Source: Opitutales bacterium (GTDB lineage: Bacteria > Verrucomicrobiota > Verrucomicrobiia > Opitutales > UBA2987). Taken from it: a stretch of DNA of 64,000 bases. This document shows positions 45,056-56,054 of this stretch, one piece after another (position 1 is the first letter of the stretch; the number at the start of each line of letters is the position of its first letter). Position numbers and translations under genes: made by a program. The stretch is taken from NCBI GenBank assembly GCA_965226885.1, contig CBDDEL010000014.1, forward strand, positions 288,001 through 352,000, written 5' to 3'. Under the pieces are notes generated by a model that was not told the origin of the DNA, did not search any database, and saw only the letters and a program-made list of their open reading frames with translations.

Positions 45056-45696
45056 TGATCGGACCCCATCTTTGCTACCAGCTACCACTTTAAGTGAGAG
45101 TATTTCCGTAGGTTTGGTATTGTAGGTTTTGCAGCGGGTGGCGCAATGAGGCCGTAGGCCGAATGGAGCCAGCCGCTGCTTTGTTGATTGTTCGCCAGAG
45201 TCTGGCAAATGTATTTGGGGAGAGAAAGCCTAATCGGCTGTGGGGGTGTTTCGCGTTGTATTTGTGTCGCCATTGTTCGACCACCACACGCGCTTCGGTC
45301 ACGCTCAGGAACAGTTCCTGATTAAGGCATTCATCGCGCAAACGATTATGAAAGGATTCTATATGTCCATTCTGCCAAGGGCTTCCTGGATCAATGTATG
45401 CAATGGCAATTTCCTGCCGCTGCAGTTCTTCTTTGACTTGGTGGGCTATAAACTCCGATCCGTTGTCCGAGCGGATGCACTGAGGTTTGCTGTTCTCCTT
45501 TATGGCTTTGTTCAATACCTCTACCACATCGGTACTTTTCAGTGAGCGCGCAACCTTAATGGCCAGGCATTGTCGGGTATGTTCATCGATCAGTGTCAAG
45601 AGCCTGAGCGGACCGCCCCGGTCGGTGCGATCCGCCACAAAGTCCCAACTCCACACATGGTTGGGCTGCACTGCTCGGGTCAGGGTAGCTGTAGAG
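45056..45696 (-). mobile_element. Second IS3 family element, 3' part only (integrase core 45090-45671)
   Basis: VWSWDFV, IRSDNGSEF, SPWQNGHIESFHNRLRDECLN; probable TG terminus at 45056; cut by IS1. Confidence 0.85.
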
Positions 45697-46498
45697 GGTA
45701 GTGTATAAAAAAAGAATGTTATTTTGTATTTTTAGCTGTACAAATAGCGTTAGGCAGTTTATTCTTAGTGCATGGTTACTAAAATTATTAATTGTCGGCA
45801 CTGTGGAAGTGAAAATATCATTAAATTTGGCAAGACGCCCAACCATAAACAGCGCTACCGCTGCCATGATTGTGGTAAACAAAGCCGCGAAAACCCCACA
45901 GTGAAATACACCGAAGAGCAAAAAGAAATGATCCTTCGAGTCTATCAGGAACGCAGCAGTCTACGCGGTTTACAGCGCGCCTTCGGGGTGAGTCCCAACA
46001 CCGTTTTGAGTTGGTTAAAAAAAACGACAATCGCTGCGACCGCTCAAAAGCACGATTCTTGCGGCCCGCCGCCATGATGTCATTGAACTGGACGAACTGT
46101 GGTCTTTTGTGGGGCGCAAGAGCGATGCCCAATGGGTTTGGATCGCTCTTTGCCGACGCACCCGTCAAATCCTCTCCTATGCCATTGGGCCTCGGGATTG
46201 GTATCGTTGCCGGGAACTTTACGAGCGTCTGCCACGGGCCTACAAAAGATGTGCCACCTACAGCGACTTTTGGAGCACTTATGATGAGGTCTTTCCTCAT
46301 AACCGATCCGTGGGAAAAGAAACCGGTGAAACGGCCCATGTGGAACGATGGAACAATACCCTGCGCCAACGACTGGGTCGTTTCACACGCAAAACCCTCT
46401 CCTTTTCCAAGCTTAAGAGTATGCATGAAACCTGTCTGAGACTTTTCATTCATCAATATAATCAAGAATTAGCCACCATTCCTACTTAATACACTACC
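45697..46498 (+). mobile_element. IS1 family element (IS-C copy 2, 802 bp)
   Basis: Same ends and ORFs as copy 1; the flanks do not match each other. Confidence 0.95.
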
Positions 46499-46750
46499 GG
46501 AAATTGAACACTCCCCCGAAGCGGGGAAAAATATGGACGGCAGTGTTAAATCCGGAAAGTTCATTGTTTTGCACAGTCACCTTATCCACATCTTCCCCAT
46601 ATATCCCTGATGATTCTGTCCCGAGAACATGGATATGCTGAATTTTCGTTTTATCGGCCAAAATAACACCGTAACCACCATTGGTTGAATTAGTGGAATT
46701 AGTTATCATCGGCAGCTTATCTTTGTTAGCACCTTTCCCAATTTTACCTA
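46499..46750 (-). pseudogene. Internal fragment of a probable parallel beta-helix protein
   Basis: GYGVILAD..IQHIHV.GT..SGIYGEDVDKVTVQNNELSG pattern between two IS ends. Confidence 0.45.
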
Positions 46751-47506
46751 GAGGCTGTCCCAAAAATATAAAGATTTTATAGTCAACTGGATGACGTTGA
46801 TAAAAAGAGCCGGAAAGAGCAAGTTTTTGCTCGATCCGGCCAAAAAAGGGTTCTATAATTGAGTTAGCGAAAATCAATATAGCCCTTTCTATGAAAAATA
46901 TAGCCATCCAATGCCTCCTGCGTCCAGCTTTAACTGTGGTCGACCGGTGCCTCGATTACGATAACTTCCGCGCCACCATTGATCGAATCGATCGGCTGCT
47001 GATCGACTCGGAGGTGGAATCGCAGGCCATTGAGCTGGCCTTGGAGGGGTGGCCGCCAATGGGTCTAAAGGCCCGGCGGCAGCGGGCCAGTTTTGCCATC
47101 AAGGCACTGCGCATGGATACGCTGGGCCGTCTGCTCGGAGGGATTTCGTTTCGGCATTTGTCGCGGGCTCTGGGCAGCAGCGATCTGTTGGCCGACTTTT
47201 GCCGTGTCCGGCAGATCGATGGCATCAGGGGCATCTCCAAAAGCACCCTGGAGCGGGCCTCGAAGTTTTTCAGCGAAGAGCAGTTGAGGGCCTTGCACCG
47301 GACCTTGACTGAGGTGGTGGGCGATGCCCTTCTGGCCCGGCAGGTGGGATTGGACAAGCCGATTGACACCACCATTTGCCTGATCGACGGCACCTGTTTG
47401 GAGGCTAACATTCATTGGCCGACGGACTGGGTATTACTCAAGGATGTAGCCGGCACGTTGCTCAAAGCGATCCGGCTGATCCGCGAGAAGGCCGGTTTGC
47501 GCCATC
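46751..47506 (+). mobile_element. IS-A copy 4, 5' part, truncated by IS21
   Basis: Left IR at 46751; transposase 46891-47511 ends at GLRH. Confidence 0.93.
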
Positions 47507-47679
47507 TGTAAACGCCGGGATGAAACCGGTACGGGGGTCGGGGTAAAACCGGTACGCTTGGAATAAGGTTTAGGTTAGTAATTGCAGGTACGTCAAGGTT
47601 TAGGGTTTGGGAGTTGGTTTTGGGGATTGGCTTGGGGTCGGTGAGGAGGCCGGAGGCCGACGAGCCGGGCCCAAGGCGT

Positions 47680-48447
47680 TTATTGTTTTGTGCCACGGCG
47701 ACGGCGTCGAGCATCGCGCAAGCGGTAGCTTTGCCCGTTGGCTTCGAGGATATGCACCCGATGGGTGAGTCGGTCCAGCAGAGCTCCGGTGAGCCGTTCG
47801 GAACCGAGCACTTCGATCCAGTTCTCAAAGGGCAGGTTGGTGGTGACGATGAGACTGGTGCGCTCGTAAGCGCGGCTGACCACGTCGAAGAGCAGTTCGG
47901 ACCCGGTCTTGGAAAAAGGGACGTAACCGAGTTCGTCGAGGATGAGTAGGTCGAGCCTTTCGAGTTGCTTCATGAAGCGCTGCAGGTCGTGGTTGTCGCG
48001 TTGCTCGAGCATATGGGTAACCAGGGCGGTGACCCCGAAGAAACGGATCCGCCGGCCCTGGGCACAGGCGGCAAAGCCCAGGGCGGTGGCCAGGTGCGTT
48101 TTACCGGTACCGGCGTTACCGAGGAGCAGCACGTTTTCGCGCTGGTCGACATACTCCCCGCGCATGAGCTCTCGGATGAGCGCTTCGTTGAGCGAGGGCT
48201 GCGCTTCAAAGGCGAAGCTCTCGAGGGTCTTGAGCACGGGGAAACGGGCGTTTTTGATCCGCCGCTGGGCGGCCCGCTGTTCGCGTTCAATGAGCTCCCG
48301 TTCGACCAGATGCAACAAAAAGGCGGCGTAATCGAGCCGGTCCCGGGAACAAGCCGCGGCCACCGCCGGCCATTCGCGCAGGATGGTGGGCAACTTCAGT
48401 TTCTTGAGGTGATGGTGTAACAGCAGCTGGTTTTTTTCTTCCTTCAT
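47680..48447 (-). CDS. istB: IS21 helper ATPase IstB
   Basis: GNAGTGKTHLA, LLILDELGYVP, TTNLPF.W, LDRLTH. Confidence 0.95.
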   Translation of the reverse strand: MKEEKNQLLLHHHLKKLKLPTILREWPAVAAACSRDRLDYAAFLLHLVERELIEREQRAAQRRIKNARFPVLKTLESFAFEAQPSLNEALIRELMRGEYVDQRENVLLLGNAGTGKTHLATALGFAACAQGRRIRFFGVTALVTHMLEQRDNHDLQRFMKQLERLDLLILDELGYVPFSKTGSELLFDVVSRAYERTSLIVTTNLPFENWIEVLGSERLTGALLDRLTHRVHILEANGQSYRLRDARRRRRGTKQ

Positions 48448-49918
48448 AAAGCCCCTCCTGGAATCTTGAGCAGTTCGCTGTAGGCACCGAGGTCAGGGGC
48501 GGCCACACGGACGTGACGCAGGTGTGGATGGCCGTCCAGCCGGAAGGTTCTGCTCCCGTAGTCTTCCTGAGGATAGAGATACTGGGCGATGGCCTCACGA
48601 GTCAGTCCCCCCACCCGCAGGGCCGAGACGACGGCCTGCTGCAAGGCCGCCATGGGGTGTTTCTCCAACAGCCGCAGCACCCGGATATACTCCCGGGTGC
48701 CTTCGCCCCCGCATTGGCTTTCGAGCCGGCGTCTGAGGACCTGCAGGCACTGCGGCAACTGCCAGCCCGAGAGTGGGCGGGCGAAGTCCAAAGCGCCCGG
48801 TTTTTTCTCCAGCAAAGCCAGGTAGTGCACCGGCTCGAAAGAGACTTGCTCTTTATCCCAAATGCGGCGGTGCCGGGCCACCTCTTGGCCCCCACAGAAG
48901 ATCACCACCTGCCGACAGGACCCTTCCACCACCACCGGATGGTGGGCGCAGCGCACCAGCGAGAGGCTGCTGACGCAGGTCGAGCGTTTGCGGCTCGCTT
49001 CAAAGGGTATGGGCGGCAACGCCAGCATGACGGCGCGCTCCTCGGCCAGCAGTTCCTTTTTCACCGCCCTTTTCCCGCGTAATTTACGCTCCATGTCCCG
49101 CTCACATGCCTCCAACAGCTTTGCGTTGAGTTCCTCCAGGTCCCGAACCTGCGGTACCGGTACCAGGAAGTTGGCCCGGGCATAACGCACGATCCCCTCG
49201 ACCACGCCCTTCTCGTTGGGCCGGGCGGGCAGACAGAAGTGTTCCTCGAACAGGTAATGGCTCTGTAGCTGCAGAAACCCGTCGGTCAGCTTGCGTTCAC
49301 GCGAACCGATAATCTTACCCACCGCCACCTTCGAGTTGTCATAGCTGATGCGCCGGGGCACCGCCCCGAAAAACTCAAAAGCTCGCAGGTGCCCCTCCCA
49401 GAAGCTCTCCGTGCACTCCCGTTCGAACACCTGCACGAAAAAGGCATCGCTGTAGGGCAGGCTCATGGCAAAAAATGGCCGCCTACGCAATTGCCCCGCC
49501 TCCTTCACCAGGGCATGACCGAAGTCCACCTGTCCCTCCCCGGGGCGGTGCTCCAGCGGCACGAACACTTCCCGCCGCCTCGCTCGCGCAGCTCGGCCAC
49601 CACCTCCTTGACCGCCGTGTAGCCCCCTTGGTAGCCCTTCTCCCGACCCAAACGCTGGTAGATCCGTTTGGCCGTATGGCGCTGCTTCTTGGGCACGTTC
49701 CGGTCCGCTTTGAGCACCTCCTCGATCCAGCCCACATACGGATCGATCTTGCGCTCTCGCCTCTTCTTGCGCCGGTATCCCGGCGGCTGGGAATAGGCCA
49801 GCATCTTTCCCAGGGTCTCCCAGTGCAGTCCCTCTTCTCGCATTACAGAGCGCTTGCTCTGCTTGTCCCGCAGCACTTTGTGCCGCACTCTTGTCCATTG
49901 CTTCATATCTCGATACAC
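48444..49918 (-). pseudogene. istA: IS21 transposase IstA, frameshifted near 49580
   Basis: The N-terminal HTH ORF (49505-49918) and the core (QVDFG, YDN, EKGVVE) are in different frames. There is also an apparent short deletion at SLVR|CAHH. Confidence 0.85.
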
Positions 49919-50001
49919 TCCTCCTTTCTAGGATAAGCGTAATAAGCGTACCGGTTTTAAAGCGCCCTCTTTACCGTACCGGTTTTTCCCCGGCGTTTAC
50001 A

Positions 50002-50481
50002 ATTTATCGAGTGCATCAACTTCAGCCCCGTTTTGAATGAAGAGTTCGCAAAGGTCAGTGCGTCCTTGTAATGCTGCCTCATGTAAAGGTGTATACTTCT
50101 CTGCGGCAGCGAGGTAGTTAACATATGCTCCATGTTTTATGAGAAGCTCCGCAATGGTTTTTGATCGGTCGACTCTTTGACTCTCCCTTGGACCGATAGC
50201 AATAGGTTCTGATGTAATAGTGGAGAAAAGAGCTGTTTTAGATACACCTTTCATTACCCGAATATTTGGATCAGCTCCGTTTTTGAGAAGTGTTTTAACA
50301 GCATCTACATAAACATAATTTTGATGGACTGCCCATCCGAGGATAGCGATTTCTCCATCTTTTATCTTGTTAACGTCTGGATTGTTTTGAAGGAGATTTG
50401 CAATTTCTGTTTCAAATTTTATCTCAGCATCCAGCTTTTCGGTAGGAAATTTTATCTCAGCATCCCGCTTTTCAGTAGGTA
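50002..50481 (-). pseudogene. Ankyrin-repeat protein fragment
   Basis: LLKNGADPN, LLIKHGAYVN, TPLHEAA..G, QNGAEVD; an imperfect 33-bp repeat at ~50414-50479; both ends are IS termini. Confidence 0.8.
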
Positions 50482-52298
50482 GAGGCTGTCCCAAAAGGGT
50501 GATTTTTGCGAGGGCTTTTGATAGGCGCTCATTTTAGAGGTATTTGCATTTGGGAGAGTATCAACTTTGCTCTCCTATGACGCTAGGATACTGGTTTTGG
50601 GGTCCGGTTGCCTGGTTTTCTTTGTATGAGCCGACAGTAAGGCTGTGAAAAAGTATTGTCCTTGCTTTTCCGCTCTCTAGGCCGCCGCTTTGGTTTTTAG
50701 TTCGTCTTGCTGGGCCAGCATCTTGGCTACTTTCCATAGGTTGTGCGAGAGTACCGACCAGGCTACGCTGATCGAGCGGTTGGCAAAGCCTTTGCTGCGC
50801 AACCGCCCGGCCTGCCAGCGATTCTTCAATACCCCGATCCGCCCTTCGGTGCTGGCCCGGCGCTTTTGCAATTGCCTGAACAGTGGTTCCTCCATCCGTT
50901 TTTTCAACTGCTTCGGATCGCGTGGACAGAGCGCGTCGTAGATTCCCTCCTGGGCTAACTGCCGGCGGGCCCGCTGGGAGGCAAATCCCCGGTCCGCGCA
51001 CATGGCCGCTATGGGTTCTTCCAGGTTGAAGCGGTTCTGTCTTTGCAAACTCTCTTGCATTTGTTCATTTTCGCTTGGAGTTCGGCTGCCGTAGAGTCTC
51101 CAGTCCAGCAGGTACCCTTCAACGCTTTCTCCCAAAAACAGGGTGTTGCCGAACTCGACCTCTTGGCCCGCTTTACCTCGCACAATCACCTGCCCATCGA
51201 GTTCGTAAACACTCAAGACTTTCTCTGCGTTTTTCACCTGGCGGCCGCCAATGATCCGCTCGTGCGCCTGTTTGATGACCACCGGGATTTGCTCGCTCAT
51301 GCGCTCCATCCGGGCGAGGATCTGTTGGACCTGTTTTTCGCTGTAATCGCTTTGCTCCCAGCAGGCTTGCAATAATTCCCGGTGACTGCGGGCATGCTCC
51401 CCGATCCGTTTGAGCAGCTTTTTCATCTGCCTCAAGATACCCTTGCGCTGCCGCGCGCTGTCCTTTCGCCGCCGGCTGTGGGTCATCTGTATGCACAGCC
51501 GATTCATCTGCCGAGCCAAGGGCTCCGGTTCGATCGGCATGCGATGGCGCAAACCGGCCTTCTCGCGGATCAGCCGGATCGCTTTGAGCAACGTGCCGGC
51601 TACATCCTTGAGTAATACCCAGTCCGTCGGCCAATGAATGTTAGCCTCCAAACAGGTGCCGTCGATCAGGCAAATGGTGGTGTCAATCGGCTTGTCCAAT
51701 CCCACCTGCCGGGCCAGAAGGGCATCGCCCACCACCTCAGTCAAGGTCCGGTGCAAGGCCCTCAACTGCTCTTCGCTGAAAAACTTCGAGGCCCGCTCCA
51801 GGGTGCTTTTGGAGATGCCCCTGATGCCATCGATCTGCCGGACACGGCAAAAGTCGGCCAACAGATCGCTGCTGCCCAGAGCCCGCGACAAATGCCGAAA
51901 CGAAATCCCTCCGAGCAGACGGCCCAGCGTATCCATGCGCAGTGCCTTGATGGCAAAACTGGCCCGCTGCCGCCGGGCCTTTAGACCCATTGGCGGCCAC
52001 CCCTCCAAGGCCAGCTCAATGGCCTGCGATTCCACCTCCGAGTCGATCAGCAGCCGATCGATTCGATCAATGGTGGCGCGGAAGTTATCGTAATCGAGGC
52101 ACCGGTCGACCACAGTTAAAGCTGGACGCAGGAGGCATTGGATGGCTATATTTTTCATAGAAAGGGCTATATTGATTTTCGCTAACTCAATTATAGAACC
52201 CTTTTTTGGCCGGATCGAGCAAAAACTTGCTCTTTCCGGCTCTTTTTATCAACGTCATCCAGTTGACTATAAAATCTTTATATTTTTGGGACAGCCTC
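50482..52298 (-). mobile_element. IS-A copy 5, complete (1817 bp); transposase 50677-52158
   Basis: Both IRs present; flanks TAGGTA and TAATTA differ. Confidence 0.95.
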
Positions 52299-52376
52299 TA
52301 ATTAGTTCATTTGTTTCACTTTTTTGCTTATCTCCTTCAATTGACATTTCGGAAATTTCGACAATTATGTAGAGCT

Positions 52377-52694
52377 ATGATCACCTTGACAGAAAAAGCT
52401 GCTCGCCGCGTCCGCGACTTGCGATCGGAAATTGACGATGAGAGCAAACTGCTGCGTCTTTTGGTCGAAGCCGGCGGATGTTCCGGCATGGAATACGGGA
52501 TGTCCTTCGATCATAAGAAGGAAGGCGATGTAGAATTGGAGAGCGTCGGCGTGCGCTTCATCATCGATTCCCAAAGCCTCTCCCACATGAAAGGCTCGGA
52601 AGTGGATTTTGATGATGGGCTGCACGGGAAAGGTTTCGAAATCCGCAATCCCAACGCCGAATCCACTTGCGGGTGCGGCCGCTCCTTCAACTGA
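52377..52694 (+). CDS. HesB/IscA/ErpA-type Fe-S carrier protein
   Basis: MITLTEKAA, GGCSGMEY, NPNAESTCGCGRSF. Confidence 0.95.
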   Translation: MITLTEKAARRVRDLRSEIDDESKLLRLLVEAGGCSGMEYGMSFDHKKEGDVELESVGVRFIIDSQSLSHMKGSEVDFDDGLHGKGFEIRNPNAESTCGCGRSFN

Positions 52695-52721
52695 ATTTGA
52701 TTATTTGCTTTGCCCGTTGCC

Positions 52722-53192
52722 TTATTGCGGGAACTGATAGAGAAGAAATTCCGATTCGTATATCATTTGACCGGTTTCGGCGCCTCCATCATCCAGAATG
52801 TCATCGACGAGGGCAAAAATAACACTGTTATCCTGGCCTGGAGTGTCGAGGACAAGTTCCGGCGTGTAGCCGCCTCCGGGAGAATAATAGTCCCAGGAAG
52901 CTCCGCTCAGGGCGGATCCATCCCGCCATGTCGCTCTACTGATCCAGCCGGAAAATACCCCTGGAAATCCGCCACCCGTCACCTGGGGGAAAACGCCAAT
53001 TTCCAATACGTAGGCCTCGATGGCGTCGCGGAATGTGCGGACGTCGTTGGCGATGGTTGTGGCCTGCGCCTTGGCGCGAACTTTATTATAGGCGGGAATG
53101 GCCATGACCGACAACAAACCAATGATAACGACCACAATCATTATCTCCACTAGAGTAAACGCGCTACTTCTTCTAACTCTTTCCACAAGCAA
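52722..53192 (-). CDS. Prepilin-type N-terminal cleavage/methylation protein
   Basis: AFTLVEIMIVVVIIGLLSVMAIPAY; the start is uncertain. Confidence 0.88.
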   Translation of the reverse strand: MLVERVRRSSAFTLVEIMIVVVIIGLLSVMAIPAYNKVRAKAQATTIANDVRTFRDAIEAYVLEIGVFPQVTGGGFPGVFSGWISRATWRDGSALSGASWDYYSPGGGYTPELVLDTPGQDNSVIFALVDDILDDGGAETGQMIYESEFLLYQFPQ

Positions 53193-53303
53193 TACCTATA
53201 ACAAAAATTAACCATTTGGTTTTTTTAAAAAACACGATTCGGTATTAATTTCGGAATATATTCACTGCGGGTTAAGAAGAATTTTCGAAAAAGTCTCGAT
53301 TAT

Positions 53304-54674
53304 TCAGGTTTGGAATTGGATTCGCTGGGCGGTGGATCGGTGGTTGGCCAAGAGTTGGTCGAGCTCGAGACCGGGGATGCGACCCTCTCGCACTCGGATG
53401 CGGCCATTGACGATCAGGGTGTCCACCTGACGGGGAAAGCACAGGATGAGGGCTTCGACCGCATTTTCGGCTCCGCTGCTGAAAATATCCTCAGCCGGGA
53501 AGATCGCCAGGTCGGCGCATTTGCCGGTTTCCAGGGAACCGAGGTCATCGCTGCGGCCCAGGCAGGCCGCCCCTTCGGTCGTGGCCAATTGGAGGGCCTC
53601 CATAACGCTCATGGCGCCGGCGCCGTATTTGACCCGGGCCAGGAGGAGCGCCTGCCGCACCTCATTGAGCATGTGCCCGGAGTCATTGGAGGCGCTCCCG
53701 TCAACCCCCAGGCCGACTCTGGCGCCTGCTTTTTGCAGGTCATTGACCCGGCAAATTCCAGCACCCAGCCGCATATTGGAGCAGGGGCAGTGGGCGATGC
53801 CCATCTTTCGCCTGCCGAGATGGGCAATTTCACCTTCGTCGAAGTGGATTCCGTGGGCCAGCCATACGCGTTGCGTTTCCCAACCGCAATCGGCCAGAAA
53901 CGGCAATTGCCGGCGCCCCAGGTGGTCGAGCGCATATTGATCTTCGGCCAGAGTCTCCCCGCAATGGGTGTGCAAACCCAGGTCCAGAGCAGTAGCCAGG
54001 CGGGCGCTTTCGGAATATAGGGTGGGGGACGCGCAGGTGAGAGCCGATGGGGCCAAAAACAAACGGCTCATGCTGCCGCCTTCAGGATCGTGGTAGCGGT
54101 CATGCAGACGCTGGCAGTCATGCATGATTTCGTCCATCGTTTCGGTTGCCCATTGCGGTATGATTTCCGAAGCGGTGTCCATGGAACCGCGACCGGCGTG
54201 AAACCGCATCCCCATATCTCTGGCGGCCTCGAATTGGGCGTCGATATAGCCGGCGCTTGATGATGGAAACAGGTAGTGATGATCGGCGGTCGTTGTGCAT
54301 CCGGTCAGCATCAATTCGGCCATGGCGACCTTTGTGGCGATGAAGATGTCATCCGCGGTCAGGTTTTTGAATAGCGATGTGATGCAGGTCAGCCAGGGGA
54401 GAAGGGCAAAGTTCGTAGCCGGTGAGTGAGCCCGGGCCAGATTTTGAAAAAAATGATGGTGAGTATTGATCAGCCCCGGCAGTGCGATGCCTTGGCGGGC
54501 GTCAATGGTTTCGCTATCGGCAGATTCCTGCTCCGGCGGTTGACCACATCCTATGGCGCAAATCCAGCCGTCTGCTATGTCAATCCAAGCGTTTTTCAAT
54601 ACCGAACACTTCGCATCCATCGTGACGAGATGGCCGATATTCTTTATGCGGAGTCGAGAGCTGACAGAATTCAT
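53304..54674 (-). CDS. 8-oxoguanine deaminase-like amidohydrolase
   Basis: PGLINTHHHFFQ, ADHHY, RFHAGRGSM, WLAHG, HCPCSNMRLG, GVDGSASND. Confidence 0.88.
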   Translation of the reverse strand: MNSVSSRLRIKNIGHLVTMDAKCSVLKNAWIDIADGWICAIGCGQPPEQESADSETIDARQGIALPGLINTHHHFFQNLARAHSPATNFALLPWLTCITSLFKNLTADDIFIATKVAMAELMLTGCTTTADHHYLFPSSSAGYIDAQFEAARDMGMRFHAGRGSMDTASEIIPQWATETMDEIMHDCQRLHDRYHDPEGGSMSRLFLAPSALTCASPTLYSESARLATALDLGLHTHCGETLAEDQYALDHLGRRQLPFLADCGWETQRVWLAHGIHFDEGEIAHLGRRKMGIAHCPCSNMRLGAGICRVNDLQKAGARVGLGVDGSASNDSGHMLNEVRQALLLARVKYGAGAMSVMEALQLATTEGAACLGRSDDLGSLETGKCADLAIFPAEDIFSSGAENAVEALILCFPRQVDTLIVNGRIRVREGRIPGLELDQLLANHRSTAQRIQFQT

Positions 54675-54753
54675 TTCCAGGGACCATAGTGATTGCTGCT
54701 TTAGTTAGTCAGCAGAAAAATGCCACGGCCACAGGGGATTGTCTTGCCCGGCC

Positions 54754-55828
54754 CTAAGCTGTAAATTTTCTGCCGAGTCCTAATTTGGCCAGCTCCTGGT
54801 GATAGACAATCGATGTGCGGTCCGCGCGGACATGCACTTCCTCGGCCAGATCGAGCGGCAGGCGTTCCGGGGTTTGCCTTTCGACAATAGCTCGGTCTTC
54901 GCTGTAAAGCTTGTCCTGAAAAGCGAGACATCCTCTACCGGTTGATTGCGGTCAAAGTTTCGGGTCACAATGGCAAAGAGACGCGATTGTTCCGCTGAGC
55001 AGGGACTGTTGGCGTTCAGAATGGTGATGATTCCTCCTTCCGGTTCCGGGCAATGAATCACCAGCCGGGCTGTAAAGGGTAGGTAGATGTGGTAAACCCT
55101 TCTCCAAATAGCTTCGTCTATTTCGCTGTTGGAAGTATCGGCAAGGCGAGGGGCATTGCCAACCGTGCTGATGTAATCGGCATAAACTCCATAGGATGTA
55201 GGTTTGACCTTGTAATTGGGCACCAAGACATCCTCTTGGCGGGAAAAAGAATCGAAGTGGATGAAAGCGAAATGGGCTACGTCGGAAAAGCTCTCGATCT
55301 GCCGTCCCGAAGAGATTTTCCAATCCATTGGCGGCACATTTATGTTTTGATATTCCGCATCGTCGAATTCCGGAAATTCGGCCATCATCCCCTTTGGTTC
55401 CGTTCCCAGGCAGACCCATATCAAGCCGTACTTTTCCTGGCAGAGGTAGGTTTTCAAGCAAAGCCGCCCGGAGATCGGCGCCTCTGGGTTTGCTGGTACA
55501 AGTGTGCACTTCCCATGAGCATTGTAGCGATAACCATGATAGGCGCAGACGATTTCGTCGCCCTCCATTGTTCCGATACTGAGCGGCGTTCCCCGATGGA
55601 GGCAGAGATCCCGTGCCGCGGTAATTTTATTACAAGTGCGATAAAGCACAATTTCCTCATCCAGCAGTTTTCTTGCCACGGGCGCGTCTTGAACCTCATC
55701 GCTATATGCTACCGGATGCCAATAGGATGCCAATAGACTGAAAGAATTTCCCAATCGCTTGTAGAAAATGTGCACCCGTCCGGCATGATCACCGATTTCT
55801 CATTATTCATGGCATTTGATTCATCCAT
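54754..55828 (-). pseudogene. Rieske non-heme oxygenase alpha subunit (VanA/NdmA-like) with two frameshifts
   Basis: CLHRG..CAYHG Rieske motif and ESFSDVAHFAFIH. An 11-bp duplication at 55715-55736 and a 1-nt loss near 54928 break the frame; the repaired C-terminus is ..EDRAIVERQTPERLPLDL..LGRKFTA*. Confidence 0.88.
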
Positions 55829-56054
55829 GCACAGGCTTCAATTTCCAATGGCAGCATTCAAAAATTATTAAAAACGCTTGCCAAGGATAAATCATATAAA
55901 CAGGCAAATTCTATTCCACCTCAACCCGAACGCATTGGAAACTCCAATGCGCGGTAGAGTTGAAAGGTTTATTCTTAAAACCTGCCTGCGACCCTGGTTT
56001 ATGTATTATCTTGTAGCGGTAGCTATACTCTGTGGATGTCTTTGACTCTATTAA

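Larger units (their letters stand above)
47507..50001 (-). mobile_element. IS21 family element (istA/istB)
   Basis: TGTAAACGCCGGG..CCCGGCGTTTACA ends with internal ACCGGTACG repeats; no TSD. Confidence 0.93.

Noticed and set aside
46745..50481. TACCTA and TAGGTA flanks of IS-A copies 4 and 5 as one split TSD (inversion)
   Set aside because: Joining them would fuse two unrelated coding fragments in opposite orientation. The element prefers TA-NN-TA, so a chance match is likely.
52338..52370. Sigma70 promoter or Rrf2/IscR operator upstream of the iscA-like gene
   Set aside because: TTGACA and an imperfect inverted repeat are present, but there is no well-spaced -10 box and the operator match is weak.
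55830..56050. Purine or xanthine riboswitch upstream of the Rieske/deaminase genes
   Set aside because: Only a 9-bp hairpin (55931-55951) is evident and I could not match a riboswitch consensus; an Rfam/Infernal scan would be needed.
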